Shown in pieces: positions 43,211 to 51,839 of a stretch of 64,000 nt of DNA. The stretch's first letter is position 1; the number at the start of each line of letters is the position of its first letter. This DNA is from Rikenellaceae bacterium (lineage in GTDB: Bacteria; Bacteroidota; Bacteroidia; Bacteroidales; Rikenellaceae): the NCBI GenBank assembly GCA_031549495.1, contig JAVBPS010000041.1, positions 9,121 to 73,120 of the forward strand, in the 5' to 3' direction. The translations under genes and the position numbers were made by a program. Under the pieces are notes generated by a model. It did no database searches, was not told the DNA's origin, and saw nothing but the letters and a program-made list of their open reading frames with translations.

Positions 43211-46200
43211 ATGACAGACACTTCTCACAAACGGGGTCTGCTGCCGGGATTCTTCCCGATGGCGGGCAAGCTGTTGCTGCTCGTGCTCCTGACCGCGGCG
43301 TCGCTGCCGCTTCAGGCACAGACCGGAATGGTCCGCGGAACGGTCAGGGGACCGCGCGGCGAGGTGATCTCCGGGGTCACCGTTGTCATCAAAGGCACTA
43401 CCACAGGCACCACCACCGGCAGCGATGGCAAATACGCCGTCCAGGCCAACAAAGGCGCCACCCTCGTATTCTCGCACCTTACCTATGAAACGCTCGAACG
43501 CACCGTCACGGGTCCCACGCTCGACGTCTCGCTGATGGACGGCGCCACGCAAATGGAAGAGCTGGTGGTGATCGGCTACGGCACCCAGCGCAAAAGGGAC
43601 GTGACGGGGGCCATCACCTCCATCTCCGCTTCGGAGATCGAGCGCAAGATGCCCTCGACCGTTTTCGACGCCCTGCAGGGCCAGGCGGCCGGGGTGCAGA
43701 TCATCCAGGGCTCGGGCCAGCCCGGCGAACCGGCCTCGATCCAGATCCGCGGCGCCTCGACCTTCTCAAGCGAGGGGGTCGCACCTTTGTATATCGTGGA
43801 CGGCGCGCCGATGGACAACATCGAGGGGATCAACCCGAACGACATCGCCTCGCTGGAGGTGCTCAAGGACGCCGCCTCGACGGCCATCTACGGCTCGCGT
43901 TCGGCCAACGGCGTGATCATCATCACCACCAAGAGCGGCCAGAAAGGCAAGCCCGCCGTGGAGGTGAAATACCACCACGCCTGGAGCCAGCTCACGCACA
44001 AGGTGGCCCAGGCCAACCGCGGGGAGCGGCTTTACTACGACAACCTGCGCCGCGACTACTTCCTGGCGAATCCCGTGGGCGGCAACGCCAACGAGAGCAT
44101 CCAGATGATCCAGGACACGCTCAACGTCTTCTTCAACGTGGACAACGACTACCAGAAGCTGGCCTTCCAGACCGGTAAGACCGACCAAGTGGACGTGAGC
44201 GTGAGCGGCGCCGAGAACAAGATCAAGTACCTGGCCGCGACCAGCTACTACAACGAGACGGGGATCATCCCCAACACCGGCTTCAAGCGCTTCACCGCGC
44301 GGGTCAACGCCGGGTATACCCCCTCCAAGTTCCTGAGCATGGGCACCAACTTCTCGCTCGGCTATTCGCGCCGCAGCGGGATCGACGAGGCGGCGTTCCT
44401 CAACTCGATGCTCACGCGCCGTCCCTACTTCTCGCTCTGGTTCCCCGACGGCACGATGGTCGGGATATTCAACGGGCAGCGAAGCCCGCTGGCGCAAACC
44501 ACCTACACCACCGAGTTCACCGACTACTACCGCGCCAACTTCTTCCAGTTCTTCGAGCTGAACCTGGCCAAGGGGCTGAAATTCCGCACCAACCTCAACG
44601 CAGGCTACAACCAGAGCAAGCGCGTGCAGGCCATCCCCAGCATCATCACCGACGAATGGCAGAACTCCAACAGCGCCCAGGCCCAGAACTACCTGAACTG
44701 GAACTGGATGAGCGAGAACTTCCTCACCTACTCCAAAAAATTCTGCAACGTCCATAACTTTTCGGCCATGGCCGGTATGAGCGTGCAGCAATGGCAACTC
44801 GACACCGAGCGTTACCGCGGCATCAACTCCTCGACCGATTACCTGTGGACGATGAACGCCTACGCGGCCAACCTCGATCTGACCAACACCGGCACCTGGG
44901 TGAGCCGCCACTCCATGGCGTCGTTCTTCGCCCGGCTGACCTACGACTATAAGGGGCGCTACCTGCTGGCGGCCAACTTCCGCCGCGACGGTTCCTCGCG
45001 CTTCGCCGACGACAGCAAATGGGGTAACTTTCCCTCCGTGTCCGTGGGCTGGCGCTTCTCGGACGAGAGCTTTATGAAATGGGCCAAGCCTGCGCTCAAC
45101 GACGGTAAGATCCGCCTGAGCTACGGGGTGACGGGTAACGAGTCGATCGGCAACTACGACTACGTCTACTCCTACACCCCCTCGACCATCTACGACGGCG
45201 TGGGCGGCGTGGCCCCCACCCGCATCGGGCTGGACAACCTGCGCTGGGAGCAGACCGAGCAGTACAACGCGGGTCTCGACCTGAACATGTTCAACGGCCG
45301 CATGGTCCTCACGGCGGACTACTATTATAAGTACACCACGGGCCTGCTGGCCTACTACCAGCTGCCCAAGGAGTCGGGTTTCAAAGAGATGCGCACCAAC
45401 GTGGGTGAGGTCGAGAACCAGGGGGTCGAAATCACCCTCTCGGGCGACCTGGTCCGCACGCAGAATTGGCGCTGGAACGCCGCGTTCAACATCTCGCTGA
45501 ACAAGAACAAGATCGCCCGCCTTTCGGAAGGCACGCCCTACATGTCGGGCAACCTGTGGTGGATGGAAGAGGGCGGTAGCCTGGGCGACCTGTACGGTTA
45601 CCGCTCGCTGGGCGTGTTCCAGTACGACCAGTCGAACGCCTTCACGGACGACTGGCGCCAGCTGACCCCCGTATTCGCCGGCGGTGTCTTCCAGAACGCC
45701 TACCTGCTCGACGGACAGGCCTACACGGGCAACGTGAAGCAGAAGAAACTGCCCAACGGCAAAGCCTTCCGCGGCGGCGACTACAACTGGGCGGACATGA
45801 CCGGCGAGGGCGTGATCGACGACAACGACCGCACGGTCATCGGCAACGCCCTGCCCAAAGCATACGGCGGCCTGAGCACCCAGGTCTCGTACAAGAACAT
45901 CGCCCTGTATGTGGCGTTCTACTACTCGTTCGGCTCGGAAGTTTACAACGACGTGGCCCACAACCGCAACGCCTTCCAGTATACCGGCACCACCCCCGCC
46001 CCGGAGGTGATCTACGACATCTGGACAAAACAGGGCGACCAGACCACCTATCCGCGCCCCTACAACGACGAGTTCAACAACGCGCGTTACGCCAACTCGT
46101 TCTACGTCGAGGACGGATCGTTCATCCGCCTGCAGAACGTGCGCCTGACCTACACGCTGCCCGAGAAGTTCACCAACAAATTCAAGGTCAAGCAGCTGGG

Positions 46201-46354
46201 TGTGTACGCCTACGTCAACAACGCCCTCACCTGGACCAACTACACGGGTTACGACCCCGAATTCTCGACATCCGACCCCATCCAGGTGGGCAAGGACACC
46301 AACCGCTACCCCAAGAAACGCGAGTTCGGACTGGGGTTGAACGTTAACTTCTAA
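43211..46354 (+). CDS. SusC/RagA-family TonB-dependent receptor (no STN domain)
   Basis: 1047 aa (alternative start MAGKLLLL at 43259). CarboxypepD_reg (VRGTVRGPRGEVISGVTVVIKGTTTGTTTGSDGKY), plug (EELVVIGYGTQRKRDVTGA, IQIRGASTF...PLYIVDG) and C-terminus ...FGLGLNVNF. Confidence 0.95.
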   Translation: MTDTSHKRGLLPGFFPMAGKLLLLVLLTAASLPLQAQTGMVRGTVRGPRGEVISGVTVVIKGTTTGTTTGSDGKYAVQANKGATLVFSHLTYETLERTVTGPTLDVSLMDGATQMEELVVIGYGTQRKRDVTGAITSISASEIERKMPSTVFDALQGQAAGVQIIQGSGQPGEPASIQIRGASTFSSEGVAPLYIVDGAPMDNIEGINPNDIASLEVLKDAASTAIYGSRSANGVIIITTKSGQKGKPAVEVKYHHAWSQLTHKVAQANRGERLYYDNLRRDYFLANPVGGNANESIQMIQDTLNVFFNVDNDYQKLAFQTGKTDQVDVSVSGAENKIKYLAATSYYNETGIIPNTGFKRFTARVNAGYTPSKFLSMGTNFSLGYSRRSGIDEAAFLNSMLTRRPYFSLWFPDGTMVGIFNGQRSPLAQTTYTTEFTDYYRANFFQFFELNLAKGLKFRTNLNAGYNQSKRVQAIPSIITDEWQNSNSAQAQNYLNWNWMSENFLTYSKKFCNVHNFSAMAGMSVQQWQLDTERYRGINSSTDYLWTMNAYAANLDLTNTGTWVSRHSMASFFARLTYDYKGRYLLAANFRRDGSSRFADDSKWGNFPSVSVGWRFSDESFMKWAKPALNDGKIRLSYGVTGNESIGNYDYVYSYTPSTIYDGVGGVAPTRIGLDNLRWEQTEQYNAGLDLNMFNGRMVLTADYYYKYTTGLLAYYQLPKESGFKEMRTNVGEVENQGVEITLSGDLVRTQNWRWNAAFNISLNKNKIARLSEGTPYMSGNLWWMEEGGSLGDLYGYRSLGVFQYDQSNAFTDDWRQLTPVFAGGVFQNAYLLDGQAYTGNVKQKKLPNGKAFRGGDYNWADMTGEGVIDDNDRTVIGNALPKAYGGLSTQVSYKNIALYVAFYYSFGSEVYNDVAHNRNAFQYTGTTPAPEVIYDIWTKQGDQTTYPRPYNDEFNNARYANSFYVEDGSFIRLQNVRLTYTLPEKFTNKFKVKQLGVYAYVNNALTWTNYTGYDPEFSTSDPIQVGKDTNRYPKKREFGLGLNVNF

Positions 46355-46362
46355 CGGTGAAT

Positions 46363-47820
46363 ATGAATATGAAAATCAAGAATATATTATTGGCACTCCT
46401 GGGTACGGCGATGCTGACCGGCTGCGGCGATTTCCTCGACGAACAGCCCGTGAGCGAGATCCCGGGGGAGAACATGTGGCTCAACGCCCGCGACGCGAAG
46501 GCCGGTGTGAATGAGATCTACGGGATGCTGCGTACCACCATGCGCCAGAACTACTGGTACTGGGGCGAATTCCGCTCCGACAACTTCGCTCCCGGCGCGC
46601 CCACCTCGGTGGAGCAGGAGCGCGTGATCCGCAACCAGATGACCACCGAGCTGGCCTGCACCCAGTGGACCTCGCTCTACCAGATGATCAACCAGGCCAA
46701 CCTGGCGATCAAGTACCTGCCCGGCATCGACATGCCTTCGGTGGCCGACCGCAGCGACCTGCTGGGCCAGGCCTACGCCATGCGCGCCCTGGGCTACCTC
46801 TACGCCGTCAGGGTATGGGGCGACGTGCCCCTTTTCACCGAGCCTACCGAGAAGTACGAGAGCGGCGCGATCTACAAGGAGCGCTCGCCCGAGTCGACCG
46901 TGATGGCCCTGGTGATCGCCGACCTGAAAAAGGCCGAGAACCTGATCAACCGCACCGGCAACCTGGAACGCAAGCGCATCTCGATCTTCGGGGTGTGGGC
47001 CATCATGGCCGACGCCTACATGTGGCTGCACGAGTACGCCCTGGCGGACCAGGCGATCACCAACCTGCGCACCACCAACACCACCTTCATGAACTTCGAG
47101 TCGAACATCTCCACCGTCAAAAAGATGTTCCAGGACGAGCTCAACAACCGCGCCTCGGACAACACCCCCTCGACCGACGACTACACCACCAAGGAGCTGA
47201 TCCTGGTCGTCCATTTCAACATGGATGAGGTGGGGGCCAGCGGCTACAGCTACATGTACCAATGGTTCTCGGGCTCGGGCAACCGCGCCGCCGTCCTCTC
47301 GCCGCAGTACCTCGACATCATGAACCAGCCCGACCAGGCCGGCGACCTGCGCAAGGACCTCTACATGTTCTCCTACCAGGACGGCATGGAGCTGCGCAAG
47401 TTCATCGGCGAGACGAAGAGTTCCACGCTCAACCGCACCTGCGAGGTGGCCTACCCCATCTATCGCTACACCGACATGCTGCTCATGCAGGCCGAGTGCC
47501 TCACGCAGCTGGGTAAATGGGAGGAAGCGCTGCAACTGGTCAAGATGGTGCGCGACCGCGCCGGGGTGAACACGAAGACCTCGGCCGACTTTTTGACCAA
47601 AGAGGACGTGCTCGAATACATCTGGCGCGAACGCCAGATCGAACTGGTGGGCGAAGGCCGCCGCTGGTTCGACCTGCGCCGCACGGGGCAATGGAAGACG
47701 GTCATGGAGCCCGTGAGCGGCCTGAAGGACGACGGCAACGAGCTCTTCCCGATCTACTACATGCACATCCGCGAAAATCAAAAACTGGTACAGAACCCCT
47801 ATTACGGGACAACCGAATAA
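46363..47820 (+). CDS. SusD/RagB-family lipoprotein
   Basis: The track ORF starts at GTG 46357; the first ATG is at 46363 (MNMKIKNILLALLGTAMLTGC lipobox). RALGYLYAVRVWGDVP, DMLLMQAECLTQLGKWEEA. Confidence 0.92.
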   Translation: MNMKIKNILLALLGTAMLTGCGDFLDEQPVSEIPGENMWLNARDAKAGVNEIYGMLRTTMRQNYWYWGEFRSDNFAPGAPTSVEQERVIRNQMTTELACTQWTSLYQMINQANLAIKYLPGIDMPSVADRSDLLGQAYAMRALGYLYAVRVWGDVPLFTEPTEKYESGAIYKERSPESTVMALVIADLKKAENLINRTGNLERKRISIFGVWAIMADAYMWLHEYALADQAITNLRTTNTTFMNFESNISTVKKMFQDELNNRASDNTPSTDDYTTKELILVVHFNMDEVGASGYSYMYQWFSGSGNRAAVLSPQYLDIMNQPDQAGDLRKDLYMFSYQDGMELRKFIGETKSSTLNRTCEVAYPIYRYTDMLLMQAECLTQLGKWEEALQLVKMVRDRAGVNTKTSADFLTKEDVLEYIWRERQIELVGEGRRWFDLRRTGQWKTVMEPVSGLKDDGNELFPIYYMHIRENQKLVQNPYYGTTE

Positions 47821-47830
47821 ATCCAAGTCC

Positions 47831-48442
47831 ATGAAAATAAATATTTTTAAAAGGCTTTTGCCCCTCGTCTTCGGGGTTATTGCGCTCAGCAGTTGCGACC
47901 TGGCGCTGCAAAAGGACTACGACTACGAGCCTTCGACGCTCGACCCGCACGTCGACATGACGGCCTGGGAATTCATCGGTACCCGCACCGACCTCTTCTC
48001 GGCTTACATCGACGCCCTGGAATACACCGGCCTGAAAAGCTATTACACGCAGACCGATAAGAAATACACTTTCCTGGCCCTGACGAACACGGCCATGCAA
48101 TCCTACATGTCCAACAAGTTCCCGGGCAAAAGTTCGATCCGCGACTGCGACCTGGAGACGGTCAGGAAGATGATCCTCTACCACATCGTCGACGGCGAGT
48201 ACAGTTCCTACAACCAACTGGAGGTGACCGCCTCGTTCGTGCTGACCGAGTTGCGCGGCGAAGAGGGGCTGATGACGATGCTCGTGCGCAAGAACCCCTG
48301 GCAGGCCGACGCCGGCAAGATCGTCGTCAACGACACCAACACCAACGCGAAATCGCCCATGCGCTCGGCCGTGAGCAGCAACATCATGCCCACCAACGGG
48401 GTGCTGCACGTCTTCGACGCCTATTGCTATTACCAAAAATAA
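47831..48442 (+). CDS. Fasciclin (FAS1) domain lipoprotein
   Basis: 203 aa. Lipobox ALSSC. FAS1-like motifs YTFLALTNTAM, ILYHIVDGEY, TNGVLHVFD. Confidence 0.8.
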   Translation: MKINIFKRLLPLVFGVIALSSCDLALQKDYDYEPSTLDPHVDMTAWEFIGTRTDLFSAYIDALEYTGLKSYYTQTDKKYTFLALTNTAMQSYMSNKFPGKSSIRDCDLETVRKMILYHIVDGEYSSYNQLEVTASFVLTELRGEEGLMTMLVRKNPWQADAGKIVVNDTNTNAKSPMRSAVSSNIMPTNGVLHVFDAYCYYQK

Positions 48443-48451
48443 CCGCGAGCC

Positions 48452-49996
48452 ATGAAAAAATACCTGATATCCGCATTTTTGCTTCTGCTCCCGGCCGTGT
48501 GCCTGCTCAGTTCGTGCAAGGACGAGCAAACGGGAGGCGATCCCGCCTCGCTGGCGACCCCCACGGTGCGCTACGCCTACGACGATAAAGTGACCGCCGA
48601 CCTGAACAAGGCCGACAACCTGCCCATCGTGGGCGTGGTCAACTCCGAGGCCGGCCTGAAAAGCGTGGTGATGAAGATCGAGACCTCCGCAGGGACGATC
48701 GACTACAAGACCGTCACCTCGTTCTTCAACCCCAACGCCTACAGCCTCGCCGAAAGGCTCACCTACCAGGATGACTACAAGGCCTTCCTGGTGACGGCCA
48801 CCGACCGTTTCGACCGCGAAACGTCGGGCCGCCTGGCCTTCGACATCATCGAACTCAAAGAGCCGCCCCGGGTGGTGTTCAACCCCACGTCGGTGAGCTA
48901 TGACGAGACCGTCGGCGGGCAGATGCCCGAGACCGGCTTCGTGGCCACCTCCCGCGCCGAGCTCCGCACGATCGACCTGTACGTCATCCGCGGCTCGGCC
49001 CAGGAGCGTTACACCGACCAGATCGTGCTGCCGGCCGGTACGCAGAGCTACAACTTCGCCGAGGTGGTACCCTACCAGGACGGCGACCGCGGCTTCAAGG
49101 TGGTGGTCGAGGATTCCTACGGCCAGGTGAGCATCGAGACCATGCCGGTCAGCTACAAGGCCGTGCCGCCTCCCGTGATCACGCTCAACGCCACGAGCGT
49201 GACCGCCGCCAAGGACGAGACCAAAGCGGTCGGCTTCAGCGTGACCTCCGAATCGGGCATCTCCGCGATCAAGATCTTCCGCATGGAGGGCGCCAATCCC
49301 ATTGAGGCGGTGTCGCTCACCAAGGCGGGCGAAAAATCGCTCACCGTGTCGGAGAACGTGACCTTCACCAACGCCACGACCGGCCTGCGGATCGAGGCCA
49401 CCGACCGCGTGGGCAAAACCACCAGGGCGACCATGACGGCCATCGTCAACATGCGTTTCATCAGCAACATGCCCGTGGTCAGCCACCTCTATCCCAACGG
49501 CATAGCCGCCTATCCCGACACCTACCCGCTGATCTCGGTCAAAGACCTGAAGACCTACTCGGTGGACTACGCCCTGGCCAACGCCACCCAGTCGGCCAAC
49601 GTGGACATCAAGTTCTACTGCTTCTCGTCGGCCGAGGCGCGCCTCTACACGATCTACGGCGCCAGCGCCACGGCGACCAAGAACAGCGAGTTCGCAAGCT
49701 CCACGGCGGGCGTGAACCTCGCCAGCGCACCGGTGCAGAACAACACGATGCTCATCCGCGACAACGCGTTCGACTTCGACAACGCCACCGCGGTGACCAT
49801 CGCCGCCAAGGCGGCCGCGTCGATCAACGCCGCGCAGATCAACACCATCGCCTCGGGCGACGTGATCTTCTTTAAGACCGCTTCGACCTCGTCGGCAGGC
49901 GGCAACGTGATCGGCGTGCTCAAGTTCAACCGGATCGTACAGGTCACCTCGGGCCGCCTCTACGCCGAGGTTTCCATCAAGGTACCCATCGAGTAA
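48452..49996 (+). CDS. Hypothetical surface lipoprotein with Ig-like repeats
   Basis: 514 aa. Lipobox LLSSC. Repeated beta-rich segments, no recognisable catalytic motif. Confidence 0.6.
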   Translation: MKKYLISAFLLLLPAVCLLSSCKDEQTGGDPASLATPTVRYAYDDKVTADLNKADNLPIVGVVNSEAGLKSVVMKIETSAGTIDYKTVTSFFNPNAYSLAERLTYQDDYKAFLVTATDRFDRETSGRLAFDIIELKEPPRVVFNPTSVSYDETVGGQMPETGFVATSRAELRTIDLYVIRGSAQERYTDQIVLPAGTQSYNFAEVVPYQDGDRGFKVVVEDSYGQVSIETMPVSYKAVPPPVITLNATSVTAAKDETKAVGFSVTSESGISAIKIFRMEGANPIEAVSLTKAGEKSLTVSENVTFTNATTGLRIEATDRVGKTTRATMTAIVNMRFISNMPVVSHLYPNGIAAYPDTYPLISVKDLKTYSVDYALANATQSANVDIKFYCFSSAEARLYTIYGASATATKNSEFASSTAGVNLASAPVQNNTMLIRDNAFDFDNATAVTIAAKAAASINAAQINTIASGDVIFFKTASTSSAGGNVIGVLKFNRIVQVTSGRLYAEVSIKVPIE

Positions 49997-50005
49997 TGTT
50001 TTTCG

Positions 50006-50043
50006 CGGGGGCCCGGCCCACGTGGCCGCGGCCCCCGGTTTTT
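50006..50043 (+). terminator. Strong GC hairpin + T-tract terminator splitting the locus (CGGGGGCC..CGGCC/GGCCG..GGCCCCCG, then GTTTTT)
   Basis: Nested perfect stems at 50006..50037 followed by TTTTT, 10 nt after the stop at 49996 and 24 nt before ATG 50067. Confidence 0.75.
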
Positions 50044-50066
50044 AATATTGGATCACGCTAAGAAGG

Positions 50067-51839
50067 ATGAAAAAACGCCTCACCCTACTGCCCCTGCTCG
50101 TCCTGTTCTGTTTGCCCTGCGCGGCGCAGAAAAAGGTTTACGCCGACTACCACGGGGTGCGCTACACCCGCGCCCACGACGGTATGCTGGGCCGGTGGGG
50201 GCTTTATACCGGAACGGGGAACTCTTCCACCGGCGTGGGCTCGATCTGCTACAACGCCGACCTGGTGTTGCCCGACGGGACCCGCCAGATCGCCGCCGTC
50301 GACTATCCGATGGCCGGCATGCAATCGAACCTGGACCCCGATTTCATCGAGTACCAGATCCTCACGGCCAAGGCCGCGGGCATCGACGGCTTCTGGATCG
50401 AATGGGGCTTCATGCCCCATGAGAACCACACCCTGTTGGAGGCCATGTTGCAGGCCGGGAAGCGATACGGTTTCGAGATCGGGGTCAACTGGTGCGACCA
50501 ATGGCTCTATTACGACTGGATCGAGCTGATCCATCCCCATATCGACAGCCGGGCCCGCAAGACCGAATATTTCACCCAATGCTACCAATGGCTCGTGGAC
50601 AATGTGCTCTACGGCGTGCCTACCGCCCCGGTGGTGGCCGGACGCCCGGTGTTCTACCTGTTCGGCCCGGGCGCCACGGTGCAGGAATACACCCAGGCCG
50701 GGGCCGGGGTGCGTTTCCCCGCGGGACAACCCCGCCCCGCCGTGCTCAGGCGCTGGGCGGACTGGGGTAAGATCGACGATCGGGGAGGCTATGAACCGGT
50801 GCGTTACAGCGCGGACGTGAGCCAGTGGTCCGCGGCGGGGACGATCCCCACGGCATGGCTTCCGGCCCGTGTGCGCGAAAGGGACGCCGACCACAGCCTG
50901 TGGGACAACTACGGCACGGCGGAAGACGCCGTGGAGTTCATGGCGCCTTTCCGCGATTCGGTCTGGATGTCGCCCGATCCGGCCTACACCGTCAAGTCGG
51001 GCTTCGTGATGCCGGGCATGGACAACCGCGGTTGCGCGGGATGGGGCCGCGGCCATTTCTACCTGATCCCGCGCGAGGAGGGCGAGACCTACCGCCGGAT
51101 GTGGGAGTTCAACCTCGCCTCGAAGGACTCGCTCGACATGGTCTTCATCGCCTCGTGGAGCGACTACACCGAGGGGCACGAGATCGAGCCCACCGTCTGC
51201 CGCGGGTACCGCGAATTGAAGACCACGCTGGAATACGCCTCGCAGTTCAAGGGGACCGAGGCCGATTACAGCGGCATGGAATTGCCCCTGAGGCTTTTCC
51301 GTGCGCGCAAAGACCTTAATTTCCTGTGGAACTGCTCCATATCGCTCTCCAAGGCCTCCCTGTCCGCCCCCGACGGCATAGCCATGCAGATCAGCCGGGG
51401 TGAATACGCGGCGGCTATGGCGGCGCTCGATGTGCTCGACAAAGAGCTGGCAGGATACTGGAAACAGGTAAAAACGGAAAAAGTGACCCTCCCGGGCGGC
51501 AAACTCGACGTCGCGCAGGGCCCGCCGGTCAAGGTGTCCATCCCCCCCTCGCTGATCCGCAAGCTCACCGCGGGCCACTACCGCGGCTACCTGACGTTCA
51601 GCTACCTGGACGAGGGCACGGGCGAGCTGTGGGTGACCTCGTACACCGACCGCACGCCCGCCAAGGAGTTCGGCACCATCTGCCGCCTCTATCTGTGCAA
51701 CACGGGCGAGTGGAAACAGGCCCGCGTGGAACTTTTTCCGGAAAACGTGGCCCTCGCCGAAGGCCGTTCGCTGCTGCAATTCGGCAGCAAGGCCCGGGTG
51801 AAGGATATTTCTCTCGAATATGAAATTTTCAGGAAATAA
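50067..51839 (+). CDS. Putative glycoside hydrolase, GH99-like/GH71-like TIM barrel
   Basis: 590 aa. Signal peptide (LPCAAQ). YPMAGMQSNLDPDFIEYQILTAKAAGIDGFWIEW and FIASWSDYTEGHEIEP resemble the GH99 patterns (...AGIDGF..SW and SFNEWHEGTQIEP). Confidence 0.45.
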   Translation: MKKRLTLLPLLVLFCLPCAAQKKVYADYHGVRYTRAHDGMLGRWGLYTGTGNSSTGVGSICYNADLVLPDGTRQIAAVDYPMAGMQSNLDPDFIEYQILTAKAAGIDGFWIEWGFMPHENHTLLEAMLQAGKRYGFEIGVNWCDQWLYYDWIELIHPHIDSRARKTEYFTQCYQWLVDNVLYGVPTAPVVAGRPVFYLFGPGATVQEYTQAGAGVRFPAGQPRPAVLRRWADWGKIDDRGGYEPVRYSADVSQWSAAGTIPTAWLPARVRERDADHSLWDNYGTAEDAVEFMAPFRDSVWMSPDPAYTVKSGFVMPGMDNRGCAGWGRGHFYLIPREEGETYRRMWEFNLASKDSLDMVFIASWSDYTEGHEIEPTVCRGYRELKTTLEYASQFKGTEADYSGMELPLRLFRARKDLNFLWNCSISLSKASLSAPDGIAMQISRGEYAAAMAALDVLDKELAGYWKQVKTEKVTLPGGKLDVAQGPPVKVSIPPSLIRKLTAGHYRGYLTFSYLDEGTGELWVTSYTDRTPAKEFGTICRLYLCNTGEWKQARVELFPENVALAEGRSLLQFGSKARVKDISLEYEIFRK

